DNA of 64,000 nucleotides, taken from IMG/VR virus record IMGVR_UViG_3300037418_003103, one strand, 5' to 3'. Below are positions 1 through 10,503 of the stretch, one piece after another (position 1 is the stretch's first letter; the number at the start of each line of letters is the position of its first letter). The DNA is from a virus. Its lineage: Duplodnaviria > Heunggongvirae > Uroviricota > Caudoviricetes. A program made the translations under genes and the position numbers. The notes below the pieces were generated by a model that was given only the letters and a program-made list of their open reading frames with translations, was not told the origin of the DNA and did not search any database.

Positions 1-474
1 TGATGAAATAGGCGTTGGGTTTGAAATTGCGGCTTGTATTGTAATATGTGAAGTTAATTCAGCATTAATATCAACTACATCCTCGTCCATGTCATACTCT
101 TCTCTTACCATTTTAATAGCCATCTCAACCAATTCTTTTCTATGTTTATGCTCAATCTCCATGGTAGAGTATACCAATGGAAATAAATTCTTTTTAATTT
201 CAGTCTCATCGATATCTTCAAGCTCGTTAACTCGTTTGTATCTATTAGCAACCTCAGCAAAACGTTCACCCATGATTTTTTCTTCGAATGAATATATATC
301 TCCTTCTGGAAAAATAGGGTGCTCACCAAGAGAGTGTTTATGAGTACTTATCTCTTTTTCTATTTGAGGATGCATTCTCTCTTTTAACCCGTCTGGATAT
401 TTAATACCTTCAGATACTAATTTTTTAGATGCTCTTTTTAAGGCTTGTTCAGCTATTTTTTTATAATCAGCCAT
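1..474 (-). CDS. Partial hypothetical protein (runs off left edge), probably late/virion-associated
   Basis: Manual translation from ATG 474: MADYKKIAEQALKRASKKLVSEGIKYPDGLKERMHPQIEKE..., open to position 1; not in ORF track. Confidence 0.8.
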   Translation of the reverse strand, partial: MADYKKIAEQALKRASKKLVSEGIKYPDGLKERMHPQIEKEISTHKHSLGEHPIFPEGDIYSFEEKIMGERFAEVANRYKRVNELEDIDETEIKKNLFPLVYSTMEIEHKHRKELVEMAIKMVREEYDMDEDVVDINAELTSHITIQAAISNPTPISS

Positions 475-520
475 TTATTTTATTTTTATATAAATTATTC
501 ATTAATTTTGGTCGGCAAAG

Positions 521-2005
521 TTAATTCTTTATTCCTTCGCCAAGATTTTTTTTATTATTTAATTTCAAGGCCAGATTTACAATATTCGAACCAACGATAT
601 TTTTAAACCTTTCACGGCTTTTTGGGTCAATAGACTGTTGATAAATAGTTCTAATAACTTCTTTATGCTCTTCTGGACTATCTGACATAGCAGATTTGTA
701 TAGTTGAGGAGTTAACAAATCCCTTTTTATAAATCCATTATTTTTTCTTATAATATTTAAAATTTTATTTTCTATTTTTGAATTTAAAACGGAAGAGGAA
801 TCTTCTGCATCTCCAAGCTCAATTGCACCCTTAGGTATTCCAACTTTATTTTCTTGTCCTTCGGATAAAGTTTCATTTTGTTGAACAGTTGAACCATCGA
901 TGTTTGCATGTTCTTTATCTTCTCTTCTTGTGTCATTTAAGATATCTTTTTTATTTTCCTCGATGTTGTAATTTTCTAAAATAAGTTTGCTTAACTCGCT
1001 CTTTTTAAAGACCTTTGATTCATTAAATAAGCCTACATCTTGTCCTGTCTGTGTTTTAGATGATTCAGGAGATATTAAATTTTTGAAGTCATTACAAATA
1101 AGCTTCATGAATTCTGGCACTGACAGCAATGGCACGCCCATAAAAGTGGAAAAAGCTATAACCATCTTTTTTTGAGCTATTTTATTCAGCTTAATTTTTT
1201 GATAAAACTGTTCAGGAATTTCTTTTATTTTATTAATAAAAGTTTTAACCTCTCCATCTAGAGAATTGGTACCGTCGCCTTCATTATCCACTTCGTTGCT
1301 CACTTTATTATCAACTGAGTTTATTTCATTATCTTCGATATTATCCTCTGTTATTGTTTCACTTTTTTTTCTGCCTCCAAAAATAGTCTCATTGACAAAT
1401 TTTTTAAGTTCTTTTTGACTCATAAAAACTTCATCAGGAGTCATGCTTGCTTTTGCAAGTGCTTCAGCAGTTTTAAATTTTCTAAATTTTTTGGTTTTTT
1501 TATTTACTAAGAAATATTTGTAGCCAGATAAGGTCTCTATTTCCTTTTTTTTATCTTCTTCTTTAGGCGCATCTTCCATAACAGGTTTTTTAATATCTGT
1601 AGTTTTCGGCTTAACTATATTCTTTTCGAAAAAATCCATTGGATGAATAATATTTTCACCGTCATCGTCACTCTCATCAAGAGAAAAAACTGCATTAACT
1701 TTTTCTTTAAGCGGACTAAGTGCTCTAACTATTTGATACCTCTTTCCGTTAATAGTAAATGGTTGGGATATATCCCCTGTTTTAGAATCCTTTACATTCG
1801 ATAAGTATTTATATTTTGAAGTAGTTTCTTCATCGACAACATTGATTGACTTCTTTCCTTGGATTTTATTAATACTTGAATGCACAGAAGTATCTGCTAA
1901 GTCTTTCTTATTAAGCGTTATATTTGTCGTATTTTTTTCTTGTGGATCAGTGACTGATGAAGTATTACTAGTTGGTGCAATATCTTCGTTTATTAATTTT
2001 TTCAT
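521..2005 (-). CDS. Hypothetical charged protein, putative internal head protein
   Basis: 494 aa ORF; multiple L/I-x-E motifs (LINED, ITED, LILEN, LSEG); GATATTTAATA upstream. Confidence 0.75.
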   Translation of the reverse strand: MKKLINEDIAPTSNTSSVTDPQEKNTTNITLNKKDLADTSVHSSINKIQGKKSINVVDEETTSKYKYLSNVKDSKTGDISQPFTINGKRYQIVRALSPLKEKVNAVFSLDESDDDGENIIHPMDFFEKNIVKPKTTDIKKPVMEDAPKEEDKKKEIETLSGYKYFLVNKKTKKFRKFKTAEALAKASMTPDEVFMSQKELKKFVNETIFGGRKKSETITEDNIEDNEINSVDNKVSNEVDNEGDGTNSLDGEVKTFINKIKEIPEQFYQKIKLNKIAQKKMVIAFSTFMGVPLLSVPEFMKLICNDFKNLISPESSKTQTGQDVGLFNESKVFKKSELSKLILENYNIEENKKDILNDTRREDKEHANIDGSTVQQNETLSEGQENKVGIPKGAIELGDAEDSSSVLNSKIENKILNIIRKNNGFIKRDLLTPQLYKSAMSDSPEEHKEVIRTIYQQSIDPKSRERFKNIVGSNIVNLALKLNNKKNLGEGIKN

Positions 2006-2406
2006 TTTTTTTCTTTATTAAATATCAAACTTAAATCCTTAGCATAAAGTTTATCTTTTACTTCTTTTTTACTGATTCCAAAATGAAAGTGAAGCCTAGA
2101 ATCAGGATACACCTCATAATCATCCATATTTTCAAACGCAAGAGGGATCACTCCATCAACTGCGTCCCATACTGCAAACGTATCACTATTTTGTATAACA
2201 TCTAATTTTAAATAAGATGTCAGGACGCCAACAGAGGTTATTAATTCTTCTGTTGGTGGCTCAGGTCTTCCAGAAGCAGGAAACTCATCCCATCCTTCTC
2301 CATCTATTTTCTTTATATCTTTTTCATCAGAAAACAGGAATTCGTATACATAATCCTTTTTATAATTTATGCCAACATTATTGACGTATATTAGATATTC
2401 TTCCAA
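2002..2406 (-). CDS. Hypothetical acidic protein
   Basis: 134 aa ORF, 4-nt overlap with downstream gene. Confidence 0.75.
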   Translation of the reverse strand: MEEYLIYVNNVGINYKKDYVYEFLFSDEKDIKKIDGEGWDEFPASGRPEPPTEELITSVGVLTSYLKLDVIQNSDTFAVWDAVDGVIPLAFENMDDYEVYPDSRLHFHFGISKKEVKDKLYAKDLSLIFNKEKK

Positions 2407-2423
2407 GTTTATAAAAGTTTATA

Positions 2424-3485
2424 TTAGTTAATATAGCAATTTAATTCATACATGTTTCCCATGTTATACACTTGAATTTCGAGAGCCTTCTTTTTAACAG
2501 GAAGGCCATCCTTAAACAAACCAATGCTGTATTTATTAGTCTCGCCATTCTTTGGCTTAGGATTACCCATAGTTATATCTCGGCTCCATTCATCCTCATC
2601 GATTGTGTATCCATTTTTAAGAGCAAAATTTTCAGCTTCTTGAACAGCAGAACTAAATGTATTATGATAAACTTTATAATCATTATTTTTCATTTTGAGT
2701 TCATCAACAATTTCTGCTTTTGGCCTAGGTTTAATACCAGGATGAATCTTGGGTTGAAACGGCCTATTTCTTCTAGTGGGCTTAACCTGGGGTTGAACTG
2801 ATGGTTTTATACTAGGTTTTATTTTAGGCTCTATAGTTGGAGTATCCATATTATCCATAAATGATTCTTGTAATTTAGTTTTGATGATATTTTTGAACTT
2901 TGATTCTTCTGAACCTTTAGGAGCAAAAATACTTAATTTTTTTGGTTTAACAAATAAACTATTAGATTCAGCTAGATTACTATCATCGTTAGTATTTACT
3001 GGCTCCATGTCATCAAGATTTGGTTCTGAATTATTTACAGGTTTATCTTCTGAGTTATGTGAATCTTCTGACTCAGAATCGCTACCAGATTTTTTAATTT
3101 TGTTGATTATATCATCTTGATCCTGCTGATCCATTTCAGAAGTATGGGATGCCGCAACTACTGAATTGATTGCAAATTTTTCTAATTTAAAGTCAGGCTG
3201 TGGCTGTCCATCATTATATTTACGTAATGATTGCCCTAATTTACCTGATAATTGCTGAATAAACTTTTTTGGATCAGTACTTTCATCAGCATCTACGCCA
3301 GCATCAAACGGAGCCTTTTCAAATGGTTTATCTGATTTAGGCTCTTCGGATGGAGTTGTGTTTATCTCTGGCCCAGCGTTTTGCTGAGGAGCGGCCTGCG
3401 GTTGAGTTGGAACTGGATTATTTGCAGGCAGCTTTAATTTATAAGTAGTCTCGTTTATTTTAGAGTGTAAACTTTTTTTTTTGGC
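2424..3485 (-). CDS. C-terminal part of a probable frameshift fusion protein (Pro/Gln-rich linker plus globular domains)
   Basis: Frame of the 2424..3134 ORF stays open for 117 more codons up to 3485 with no ATG/GTG/TTG (SLHSKINETTYKLKLPANNPVPTQPQ...DPKKFIQQLSGKLGQSLRKY...); it is the -1 frame of 3455..4105 across an A10 run. Confidence 0.75.
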   Translation of the reverse strand, partial: AKKKSLHSKINETTYKLKLPANNPVPTQPQAAPQQNAGPEINTTPSEEPKSDKPFEKAPFDAGVDADESTDPKKFIQQLSGKLGQSLRKYNDGQPQPDFKLEKFAINSVVAASHTSEMDQQDQDDIINKIKKSGSDSESEDSHNSEDKPVNNSEPNLDDMEPVNTNDDSNLAESNSLFVKPKKLSIFAPKGSEESKFKNIIKTKLQESFMDNMDTPTIEPKIKPSIKPSVQPQVKPTRRNRPFQPKIHPGIKPRPKAEIVDELKMKNNDYKVYHNTFSSAVQEAENFALKNGYTIDEDEWSRDITMGNPKPKNGETNKYSIGLFKDGLPVKKKALEIQVYNMGNMYELNCYIN

Positions 3486-4105
3486 TTAACTATACTTTCA
3501 ATGATACTATCTAAGTCATCAAGAGATCTTCCAATAGAGAGTTTATGCTCTTTGATAGCCTCAGGTACATCGTCTTCTTTTTCTTCTCCTGTGATCAGAT
3601 CTTCAACAGCCTGTTGTTCTTCTGACAATTCTTCGTCTTCTACTTCAGTAACTAACGGATCATTTCCTTCTAAATTACCTTCATTGCTAAACCCGTTCCC
3701 CTGATACTGCTGAAAAGAAGCAACATCCTCTCCAATTATATCGTTTTCAAAAACGTTTATATCTTTATATTCTCCCAGGGATTCAGAGATGCTATTAAAT
3801 TTAATATTAAGATGCCTTAATGCTTTTGCATAAGTAGGATAAGCTTCTTGCATTTTATTTTGCAATCCGCCAATATATTTAAAATCTTCAGCAATCAAAC
3901 TATTGTGCTTATCAGTAGTTTTAATGAAGTAAGTGTGATTTTCTCTTACAATGCCATAAACCAGCCCGTCAGGACCAATTTTAGTTAATTCAACAGATGA
4001 AGAATGATGTTCTTCATTTATTGGTTGTAATTTCATTAACTCCTTAATTCTATCATTGATTTCATTCCCCTTCAATCCAACTGGTTTAACTATAATACGT
4101 TTCAT
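3455..4105 (-). CDS. Hypothetical late protein (N-terminal part of putative -1 frameshift fusion)
   Basis: 216 aa ORF ending PKKKVYTLK*; GATATTTATA at 4124-4133 upstream. Confidence 0.8.
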   Translation of the reverse strand: MKRIIVKPVGLKGNEINDRIKELMKLQPINEEHHSSSVELTKIGPDGLVYGIVRENHTYFIKTTDKHNSLIAEDFKYIGGLQNKMQEAYPTYAKALRHLNIKFNSISESLGEYKDINVFENDIIGEDVASFQQYQGNGFSNEGNLEGNDPLVTEVEDEELSEEQQAVEDLITGEEKEDDVPEAIKEHKLSIGRSLDDLDSIIESIVKPKKKVYTLK

Positions 4106-4149
4106 GTTCTGTTTTATTTTTTATATAAATATCTAAGTTTTGTTTAAAA

Positions 4150-4392
4150 TTAACCAATAATTACACTTGGATAGGTTGGATCAATAGGGTCGCCTATTAA
4201 AAAGCAACCAGCGGTGGCGCTGATGCTAGTTACAACAATGTCTATCGTACCGCCAGCTACCATATTGATTGCAACCCCGTTGATTGTGGGTGTGCATGCT
4301 GTATCAGCATAAACCTGGCCGTATGTGTGGCCTGTTAAATTAGCATTGGCTGATGGGACAATAATGGAATACGTTTTGTTACTTAGTGGCAT
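4150..4392 (-). CDS. Small beta-rich hypothetical protein, possibly structural
   Basis: 80 aa, T/A/G/I/V-rich; ATATTTATA motif at 4407-4415. Confidence 0.65.
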   Translation of the reverse strand: MPLSNKTYSIIVPSANANLTGHTYGQVYADTACTPTINGVAINMVAGGTIDIVVTSISATAGCFLIGDPIDPTYPSVIIG

Positions 4393-4425
4393 GAGTTAAT
4401 TTATTATATAAATATTCATAAAAAT

Positions 4426-4450
4426 AAAAAAGCATCAAAAGATGCTTTTT
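4426..4450. terminator. Intrinsic terminator (bidirectional geometry)
   Basis: AAAAAGCATC-AAAA-GATGCTTTTT. Confidence 0.7.
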
Positions 4451-4476
4451 TATTTAAACAAGTATTTAATTAAATT

Positions 4477-5508
4477 CTAGTTGTTTAGAGTAGCTTTTAT
4501 TTTTTTACCATGTTTATAGTTTTTTAGATCAAAATCATCGAACGAATAGGAAAAAATATCCTTCACAGGGCGTAAATTCAGTCTAGGTAATTCAAAAATT
4601 TCAGAATTTATTTGTTCTTTAGCCGCTTCTAAGTGATTTAAATAAAGGTGGGTGTCACCTAAACAACCTATAAGTTCATCTGGTATCATATTCGTCTGCT
4701 GTGCTAACATTGTTAACAAGAAACCATAGGAAGCTATATTAAAAGGCAGGCCTAAAAATGTATCAACACTTCTCTGATTCCACATAAGTGATAACGCTCT
4801 TTTTGGAATGCCTATTTCATCAAAATATTCGTCGGTTTTTAAATCATCTGTGTCTATTCCTCCACGCTCGTGCACATAAGAACTATATAATTCAGTTCTT
4901 TCCCATGCGCTTAATTCCCTTGTATAACACTGAAAAGCAAAATGGCATGGTGGAAGTGTCATTTGGTCTATTTCTCCAACGTTCCAGGCGCTCACCATCA
5001 ATCTTCTTGAATCAGGATTATTTTTTAAATCGTTTATTAGGTTTTGTATTTGATCAATCCATAAGTTACCGATAACATCCCATCTTCTCCATTGTTTACC
5101 ATAGCCAGGTCCAATGTCACCATGTTTTTCCGCAAAACCTTTTTTGCCTGTAACAACATTCTTATCTTGTTTTATTGACTCAATAAATTGTTCTTTAGAC
5201 ATAGGCTGTAATTCACTTAAAGAATTTGTGCGATACTTTTTATAACAGTCACCAACCCATATATTTACTCCTCGATCAACAAGTGGTTTAATATTAGTTT
5301 CACCTTGTAAGAACCAAAGAAGCTCTTCAATAACACCCTTTAAATGAATCTTTTTAGTTGTTATAATTGGAAAACCGTCAGACATTTTATGTCGAATGGT
5401 ACGTGAGAATAGACTCAGGGTTCCTGTACCAGTTCTATCCGACTTTTTATTTCCATTTTCTAGGATATCCTTTAATATGTTTATATATTGTTTATCTAAA
5501 TTATTCAT
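4477..5508 (-). CDS. thyA: Thymidylate synthase
   Basis: DRTGTGT, catalytic LPPCH, NQRSVDTFLGLPFNIASY motifs. Confidence 0.97.
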   Translation of the reverse strand: MNNLDKQYINILKDILENGNKKSDRTGTGTLSLFSRTIRHKMSDGFPIITTKKIHLKGVIEELLWFLQGETNIKPLVDRGVNIWVGDCYKKYRTNSLSELQPMSKEQFIESIKQDKNVVTGKKGFAEKHGDIGPGYGKQWRRWDVIGNLWIDQIQNLINDLKNNPDSRRLMVSAWNVGEIDQMTLPPCHFAFQCYTRELSAWERTELYSSYVHERGGIDTDDLKTDEYFDEIGIPKRALSLMWNQRSVDTFLGLPFNIASYGFLLTMLAQQTNMIPDELIGCLGDTHLYLNHLEAAKEQINSEIFELPRLNLRPVKDIFSYSFDDFDLKNYKHGKKIKATLNN

Positions 5509-5942
5509 TTTATTTCAGTTAAGTAATCGTCAATATTTATTTTCAAATCCTCTAATTTTGAGGGAGTTAAGTACAGGGTTCTCTTTGCCTCAGTATCAAC
5601 AGCATCCATTGTATCCATCAACTTAATTATTTTTGCTCTGAGGATGTCTTCCTTTTCCTTTGTTTTCAAAGCTTCGATTTCTTCTGTGAGCAAGGTCGCA
5701 TCAATTTTTTCTAATTTTATAAAAGAATATGGTTTTATATGAGTATTAACCACGGCACCTTGGCTTTCAGCTATTTCAAATCTGGTATAATCTGTTTTTT
5801 TCACATCAAGATACTTATATCTGCCGCCGCCTTTAAAGGTAATAATTAAGTCTTCGTTAAGATAATACTCGGACGCAAGTATATTTGTTGAAGCATACTT
5901 GCAGTATATCACTCCAGCAATTACATTCTTTTCTAATAGCAT
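5505..5942 (-). CDS. KTSC-domain protein
   Basis: STNILASEY...LIITFKGGGRYKYLDV...AESQGAVVNTHIK matches the KTSC pattern; C-terminal helical extension. Confidence 0.75.
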   Translation of the reverse strand: MLLEKNVIAGVIYCKYASTNILASEYYLNEDLIITFKGGGRYKYLDVKKTDYTRFEIAESQGAVVNTHIKPYSFIKLEKIDATLLTEEIEALKTKEKEDILRAKIIKLMDTMDAVDTEAKRTLYLTPSKLEDLKINIDDYLTEIK

Positions 5943-6005
5943 AAGTTATTTATTTTAATTAAAAATACTAATATTTATTTTAAGAAGCAATTATTTTTAA
6001 AAATA

Positions 6006-6037
6006 GTTGATTCGTAGAGAAATAACGTGTATATTTG
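6006..6037 (+). promoter_or_regulatory. Bacteroidota sigma-A promoter for clpC
   Basis: GTTG-N20-TATATTTG. Confidence 0.7.
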
Positions 6038-6043
6038 ATGTAA

Positions 6044-8533
6044 ATGAAAACTATGAAAAATAACAGCGTATCCTCCTCACTTAAGCTGATAGTTAATAAC
6101 GCTAAAGAAGAGGCAGAATTATTTGGAGACTCTAAGGTTAGGCCAGAGCACTTGCTACTTTCTATCATACATGCAAATGATCCCAGGTGTGCTTCAATAT
6201 TTGAAGCATTAAAAGTAGATACCTCTTACTTATATGACAGAATTAGCGACGCTTTAATGAAGGCCGATTTAAATACTAGAGTGGGAAATAGAAAAGACAC
6301 TATGTTGTTTTCCTCAGAAACAAAATTAGTGTTTAAAGGAATAGATAAGGAATGTGAGTATTTGAAAGATAAATCAATAGAATCTACGCATTTGTTTTTA
6401 TCAATTTTAAGTATTAAATCTCCTTTAAGTATAATGCTATTTGAAATGGGCATTAGTTATATGATGGTAAAGAATTGCATTAAATCTATTAGGTCAGATG
6501 TAACTAACGGCGTAACTAATGAAGATTTTGATGATAACCAATTTAGTAAGCCCGCTAAAAGAACATCAAATAAAACGGTTGTGTTGGATAATTTTTGTAG
6601 AGATATTTCAGCCGCAGTAAAAAATGGTGAAGTAGACAAAGTAGTTGGAAGAAAAGCGGAGATTAAAAGAGTCGCTCAGATTTTATCAAGAAGACGCAAA
6701 AATTCCCCTGTTTTAATTGGCGTCGCAGGATCTGGTAAAACAGCTATTGTAGAGGGACTAGCTCAATTAATAAATAACGGAGAAACGCCAAGAACTCTAA
6801 TAGGAAAAAGAATTTTATCTCTGGATCTTGCAGCTATGGTAGCTGGTACTAAATATCGCGGTCAATTTGAAGAGAGAATGAAAGCCGTAATGGAAGAGTG
6901 TAAAGGTAATAAGGATGTCATTTTATTTATTGATGAATTGCATACTATGGTTGGGGCTGGAAACTCATCTGGTTCTATGGATGCTTCTAACATACTTAAA
7001 CCAGCTCTATCACGAGGTGAAATTCAAATTATCGGCGCAACTACCTTAGATGAATATCGTGAAAACATAGAAAAAGATGGGGCATTAACCAGAAGATTTC
7101 AGCAAGTTTTAATACAGGAGCCGTCACTTAAAGAAACTATTACTATTCTTTCACAAATTAAAGACAAGTATGAAAAACATCATAATGTTTTTTACACTGA
7201 TGAGGCTATTGAGGAATGTGTTAAACTAGCTGATAGATATATTATGGATAGAGCAATGCCAGACAAAGCAATTGACGTATTGGACGAGGCTGGCGCAGCA
7301 ACAAATATGAATATAGAGAAATCAGAAAAATTAAAAAATCTTGAAATAGAAAAAGAAAAAATTGCACAGAAAAAAGTTGAGGTGGTTGCAAAACAAAGGT
7401 ATGAAGATGCAGCTAAATTAAGAGATGAAGAGAAAAAAATTGAGGCTATTCTAATTGAGGCGACAAAGGAATGGAACACACTTCTAAGTAAAGAAGTAAA
7501 GATCGTAGATGCTACTCTAGTTTCAGAAGTTGTGTCTAATATGACAGGAATTCCCTTATCTAAAATTTCTGTACAAGAAACCAAAAAATTAGTAAACTTA
7601 GATAAGGAGCTTCAAGAGAAATTAATTGGCCAAGATGAAGCGGTGACCAAGGTTGTTAAAGCCATAAAAAGAAGCAGGGTTGGAATTAAAGATAAGAATA
7701 AACCAGTGGCTTCTTATATATTTCTAGGGCCAACAGGGGTTGGTAAAAGCATGCTTGCTAAATTAATTGCTGAATACGTTTATGGGGATGCGGATTCATT
7801 AGTAAGAATGGATATGAGCGAGTATATGGAAAAATTCTCAGTATCAAGACTCATAGGCCCACCTCCAGGGTATGTAGGATATGAACAGGGAGGACAGTTA
7901 ACTGAAAAAATTAGAAGAAAACCATATAGCGTAATACTATTTGATGAAATAGAAAAAGCCCATGAAGATGTTTTTAACCTTCTGCTTCAACTATTAGATG
8001 AAGGCCAGTTAACTGATGGGCTTGGAAGGAAAGTTAACTTTAAAAATTCTCTAATTATTCTCACATCAAATGTTGGTGTTTCCGAATTAAATAGTTTTGG
8101 AAAAACTATGGGATTTGAAACCCCTTACGAATCAGCTAATCAAGAAGAAAGAAATAAATCAATAATCGACAAAGCTTTAAAGAAAAAATTTAAACCTGAA
8201 TTCCTTAACAGGATTGATGAAGCAATAGTTTTCAATAGTTTATCTGAAGAAAATATTCACAAAATTATTTACTGTGAAGTTGCAAAGTTAGAAAAAAGGC
8301 TTAGTGAGATAGGATATAAAATCAAGCTGAGTGAAACAGCTTTGAATTACATAGCTAAGAATGGATACGATAAGAAATATGGCGCAAGGCCACTTAATAG
8401 AGCTATTCAACGTTATGTAGAAGATCCTATTGCCGATGAAATATTAAATGGTAAAATTAAAGAGGGAGAAACCATTAAAATAAATTACGATGAAAAAAAT
8501 GATATCATAAGTGTCACATCATCTAAAAAATAA
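6044..8533 (+). CDS. clpC: ClpC-type AAA+ chaperone / Clp protease ATPase subunit
   Basis: Clp N-domain; Walker A GVAGSGKT and GPTGVGKS; LFIDELH and LFDEIEKAH Walker B; short UVR-like M-domain ([12 protein letters not shown]). Confidence 0.93.
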   Translation: MKTMKNNSVSSSLKLIVNNAKEEAELFGDSKVRPEHLLLSIIHANDPRCASIFEALKVDTSYLYDRISDALMKADLNTRVGNRKDTMLFSSETKLVFKGIDKECEYLKDKSIESTHLFLSILSIKSPLSIMLFEMGISYMMVKNCIKSIRSDVTNGVTNEDFDDNQFSKPAKRTSNKTVVLDNFCRDISAAVKNGEVDKVVGRKAEIKRVAQILSRRRKNSPVLIGVAGSGKTAIVEGLAQLINNGETPRTLIGKRILSLDLAAMVAGTKYRGQFEERMKAVMEECKGNKDVILFIDELHTMVGAGNSSGSMDASNILKPALSRGEIQIIGATTLDEYRENIEKDGALTRRFQQVLIQEPSLKETITILSQIKDKYEKHHNVFYTDEAIEECVKLADRYIMDRAMPDKAIDVLDEAGAATNMNIEKSEKLKNLEIEKEKIAQKKVEVVAKQRYEDAAKLRDEEKKIEAILIEATKEWNTLLSKEVKIVDATLVSEVVSNMTGIPLSKISVQETKKLVNLDKELQEKLIGQDEAVTKVVKAIKRSRVGIKDKNKPVASYIFLGPTGVGKSMLAKLIAEYVYGDADSLVRMDMSEYMEKFSVSRLIGPPPGYVGYEQGGQLTEKIRRKPYSVILFDEIEKAHEDVFNLLLQLLDEGQLTDGLGRKVNFKNSLIILTSNVGVSELNSFGKTMGFETPYESANQEERNKSIIDKALKKKFKPEFLNRIDEAIVFNSLSEENIHKIIYCEVAKLEKRLSEIGYKIKLSETALNYIAKNGYDKKYGARPLNRAIQRYVEDPIADEILNGKIKEGETIKINYDEKNDIISVTSSKK

Positions 8534-8541
8534 CTAACCTT

Positions 8542-8568
8542 AAAACCGCAATTATTTTGCGGTTTTTT
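8542..8568 (+). terminator. Intrinsic terminator after clpC
   Basis: AAAACCGCAA-loop-TTGCGGTTTTTT. Confidence 0.8.
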
Positions 8569-8585
8569 AATATATTTATTGACAG

Positions 8586-8987
8586 GTGAAAACATATATT
8601 AAACAATTATTACGGGAAGAATTATTATCTCAAGATAAAACTGATGTGATAAAAATCACAGACTTTATTAATTTTACTAAAAAGTATCTTGATATAAAGG
8701 ATGATATTAAAGTTAAACTAGCTTATGAACGTACTCCTGACCTACAAACTACCGCATATTATGAAATGGGTAAGATGATAAAGGTTTATGTTAAAAACAG
8801 ATCATCCTGTGACTTTTTCCGTTCCATCGCTCACGAACTAGTTCATCATAAACAATTTATTGAAAACAGATTAACCAGTCCGTCTAAGGATGGAGAAGAT
8901 GGATCGCCAATAGAAAATGAAGCAAATGCTAAGGCAGGTGAAATTATTAGACAATACGGAAAGTTGCATCCCGAAATTTATACTTAA
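8586..8987 (+). CDS. Putative zinc metallopeptidase-like protein (HExxH)
   Basis: RSIAHELVHHKQ plus ENEANAKAG; N-terminal LLREE; ATATTTAT upstream. Confidence 0.65.
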   Translation: MKTYIKQLLREELLSQDKTDVIKITDFINFTKKYLDIKDDIKVKLAYERTPDLQTTAYYEMGKMIKVYVKNRSSCDFFRSIAHELVHHKQFIENRLTSPSKDGEDGSPIENEANAKAGEIIRQYGKLHPEIYT

Positions 8988-9014
8988 TTAAAATTATTTT
9001 TGTACATTTGTGGT

Positions 9015-10172
9015 ATGAAACGCTTAATGAAATATTTAGCCCATAAATTATGTATTAAAAATGATGTCCGTCAATTTTTAAAAATTTACGTTCCAGAAGA
9101 TATTTTGGACTTGAAAGAGATTTTTAAGCGAGGCGGGTATCAACTTTATATGGTTGGAGGTTGTGTTAGGGATTCTCTATTAGGTGACTTGATTAAAGAT
9201 TATGACCTGGCAACAGATGCACTTCCTGATGACGTTGAAACATTGCTTAATAGCAATGGTTTTAAGACCCTTGCTACGGGTAAATCATTCGGAGTTATTA
9301 ATGTTTTTACTAAAAATAACGAATATGAAATAGCTTCGTTCAGGTCAGATCTAACTAAGGGTAGGCACCCCGCAGTTAAATTCACTAATATAAACTCTGA
9401 TGCTAAAAGAAGGGACATTTCGATTAATGCTTTATACTATGATATAGACGCAGAATGCGTTATTGATCTTGTTGGTGGGATGCATGATTTAAAAAATAGC
9501 ATGGTTAGGACGGTAGGCCCAGCTCTAGATAGATTCAAAGAAGACCCTTTGAGAGTGCTTAGATGCATTAGGTTTGCGGCTAGATTTAATTCAATTATTG
9601 ATAAATCTGTAAATAAGGCATTGAAGACTCCGATTAATTTGAATGAAGTATCAGCTGAAAGAATTAAAGAAGAATTTATAAAAGGAATTGAGTCGGCTAA
9701 GGATGTCAGAAATTATCTAGGCCTTTTAAGCGAATATAATTTATTTAAATGGGTCTTTCCTGGTCTTAAAATTTACCATAATTTTTTTGATGATAAGGAT
9801 TACATTTTTATAGTAGCTTGTCTACTGAAGAATAATCATCATAGTATCCTTAAAAAATGGCTCATTGAACACAAGTATTCAAGATCAGAGAGTAAAGTAA
9901 TTACTTTTTTAGTATCTCTGCAAACTCTATCACCTGATACTGCATTTAAACTTAAGTCTAGTCAGAACGGTGTTAACGTTACCGATGAACAGATCATCAA
10001 GTTCTGTAACTTAGGATATGTGCAGCACAATATGGTTAAAGCGTTCACAAAATATGAACTAAGTGTGGACGGTGATGAAGTCAAAAATAATTTTAGCCTT
10101 AAAGAAGGTAGAGAGCTTGGATTAAAAATAGCTGAAATAGAAAAACAAGAATTTCTTTCTCTAATTCATTAA
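9015..10172 (+). CDS. Class II tRNA nucleotidyltransferase (CCA-adding enzyme/poly(A) polymerase family)
   Basis: VGGCVRD, DYDLATD, RRDISINAL, EDPLRVLRCIRF; start moved to ATG 9015 downstream of the TACATTTG box. Confidence 0.92.
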   Translation: MKRLMKYLAHKLCIKNDVRQFLKIYVPEDILDLKEIFKRGGYQLYMVGGCVRDSLLGDLIKDYDLATDALPDDVETLLNSNGFKTLATGKSFGVINVFTKNNEYEIASFRSDLTKGRHPAVKFTNINSDAKRRDISINALYYDIDAECVIDLVGGMHDLKNSMVRTVGPALDRFKEDPLRVLRCIRFAARFNSIIDKSVNKALKTPINLNEVSAERIKEEFIKGIESAKDVRNYLGLLSEYNLFKWVFPGLKIYHNFFDDKDYIFIVACLLKNNHHSILKKWLIEHKYSRSESKVITFLVSLQTLSPDTAFKLKSSQNGVNVTDEQIIKFCNLGYVQHNMVKAFTKYELSVDGDEVKNNFSLKEGRELGLKIAEIEKQEFLSLIH

Positions 10173-10236
10173 TACAAACGACAATAGGTAAGAGCGTTGT
10201 TATGTACTCTTACCCATAATTTTTTATTCGGTTAAT

Positions 10237-10431
10237 TTATTTTACTATAGATGCAAATTTAGCTTCTAAATCAGCTATTTTAGATTCCAAAAGAGCTGTT
10301 TTATCACCTTTTTTGGCTTGTTCACTAATCCATTCTTTCTTCTTAACAACAAGAGCTTCAGTTACGATATTATCGATTAGATCGACAAGGTCCTTTTCGT
10401 TAATTTTTACAGTTTTTTTTGTATTACCCAT
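10237..10431 (-). CDS. Small hypothetical protein, putative head-internal
   Basis: 64 aa with INE, VTE, ISE and LLE motifs; ATATTTAT at 10468-10475. Confidence 0.65.
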   Translation of the reverse strand: MGNTKKTVKINEKDLVDLIDNIVTEALVVKKKEWISEQAKKGDKTALLESKIADLEAKFASIVK

Positions 10432-10503
10432 TTTATTTATTTAGGTTAATTTTTATTATTATCTTAAATAAATATGCGGAAGAGGAATAAAAAAAATTTT
10501 TTT

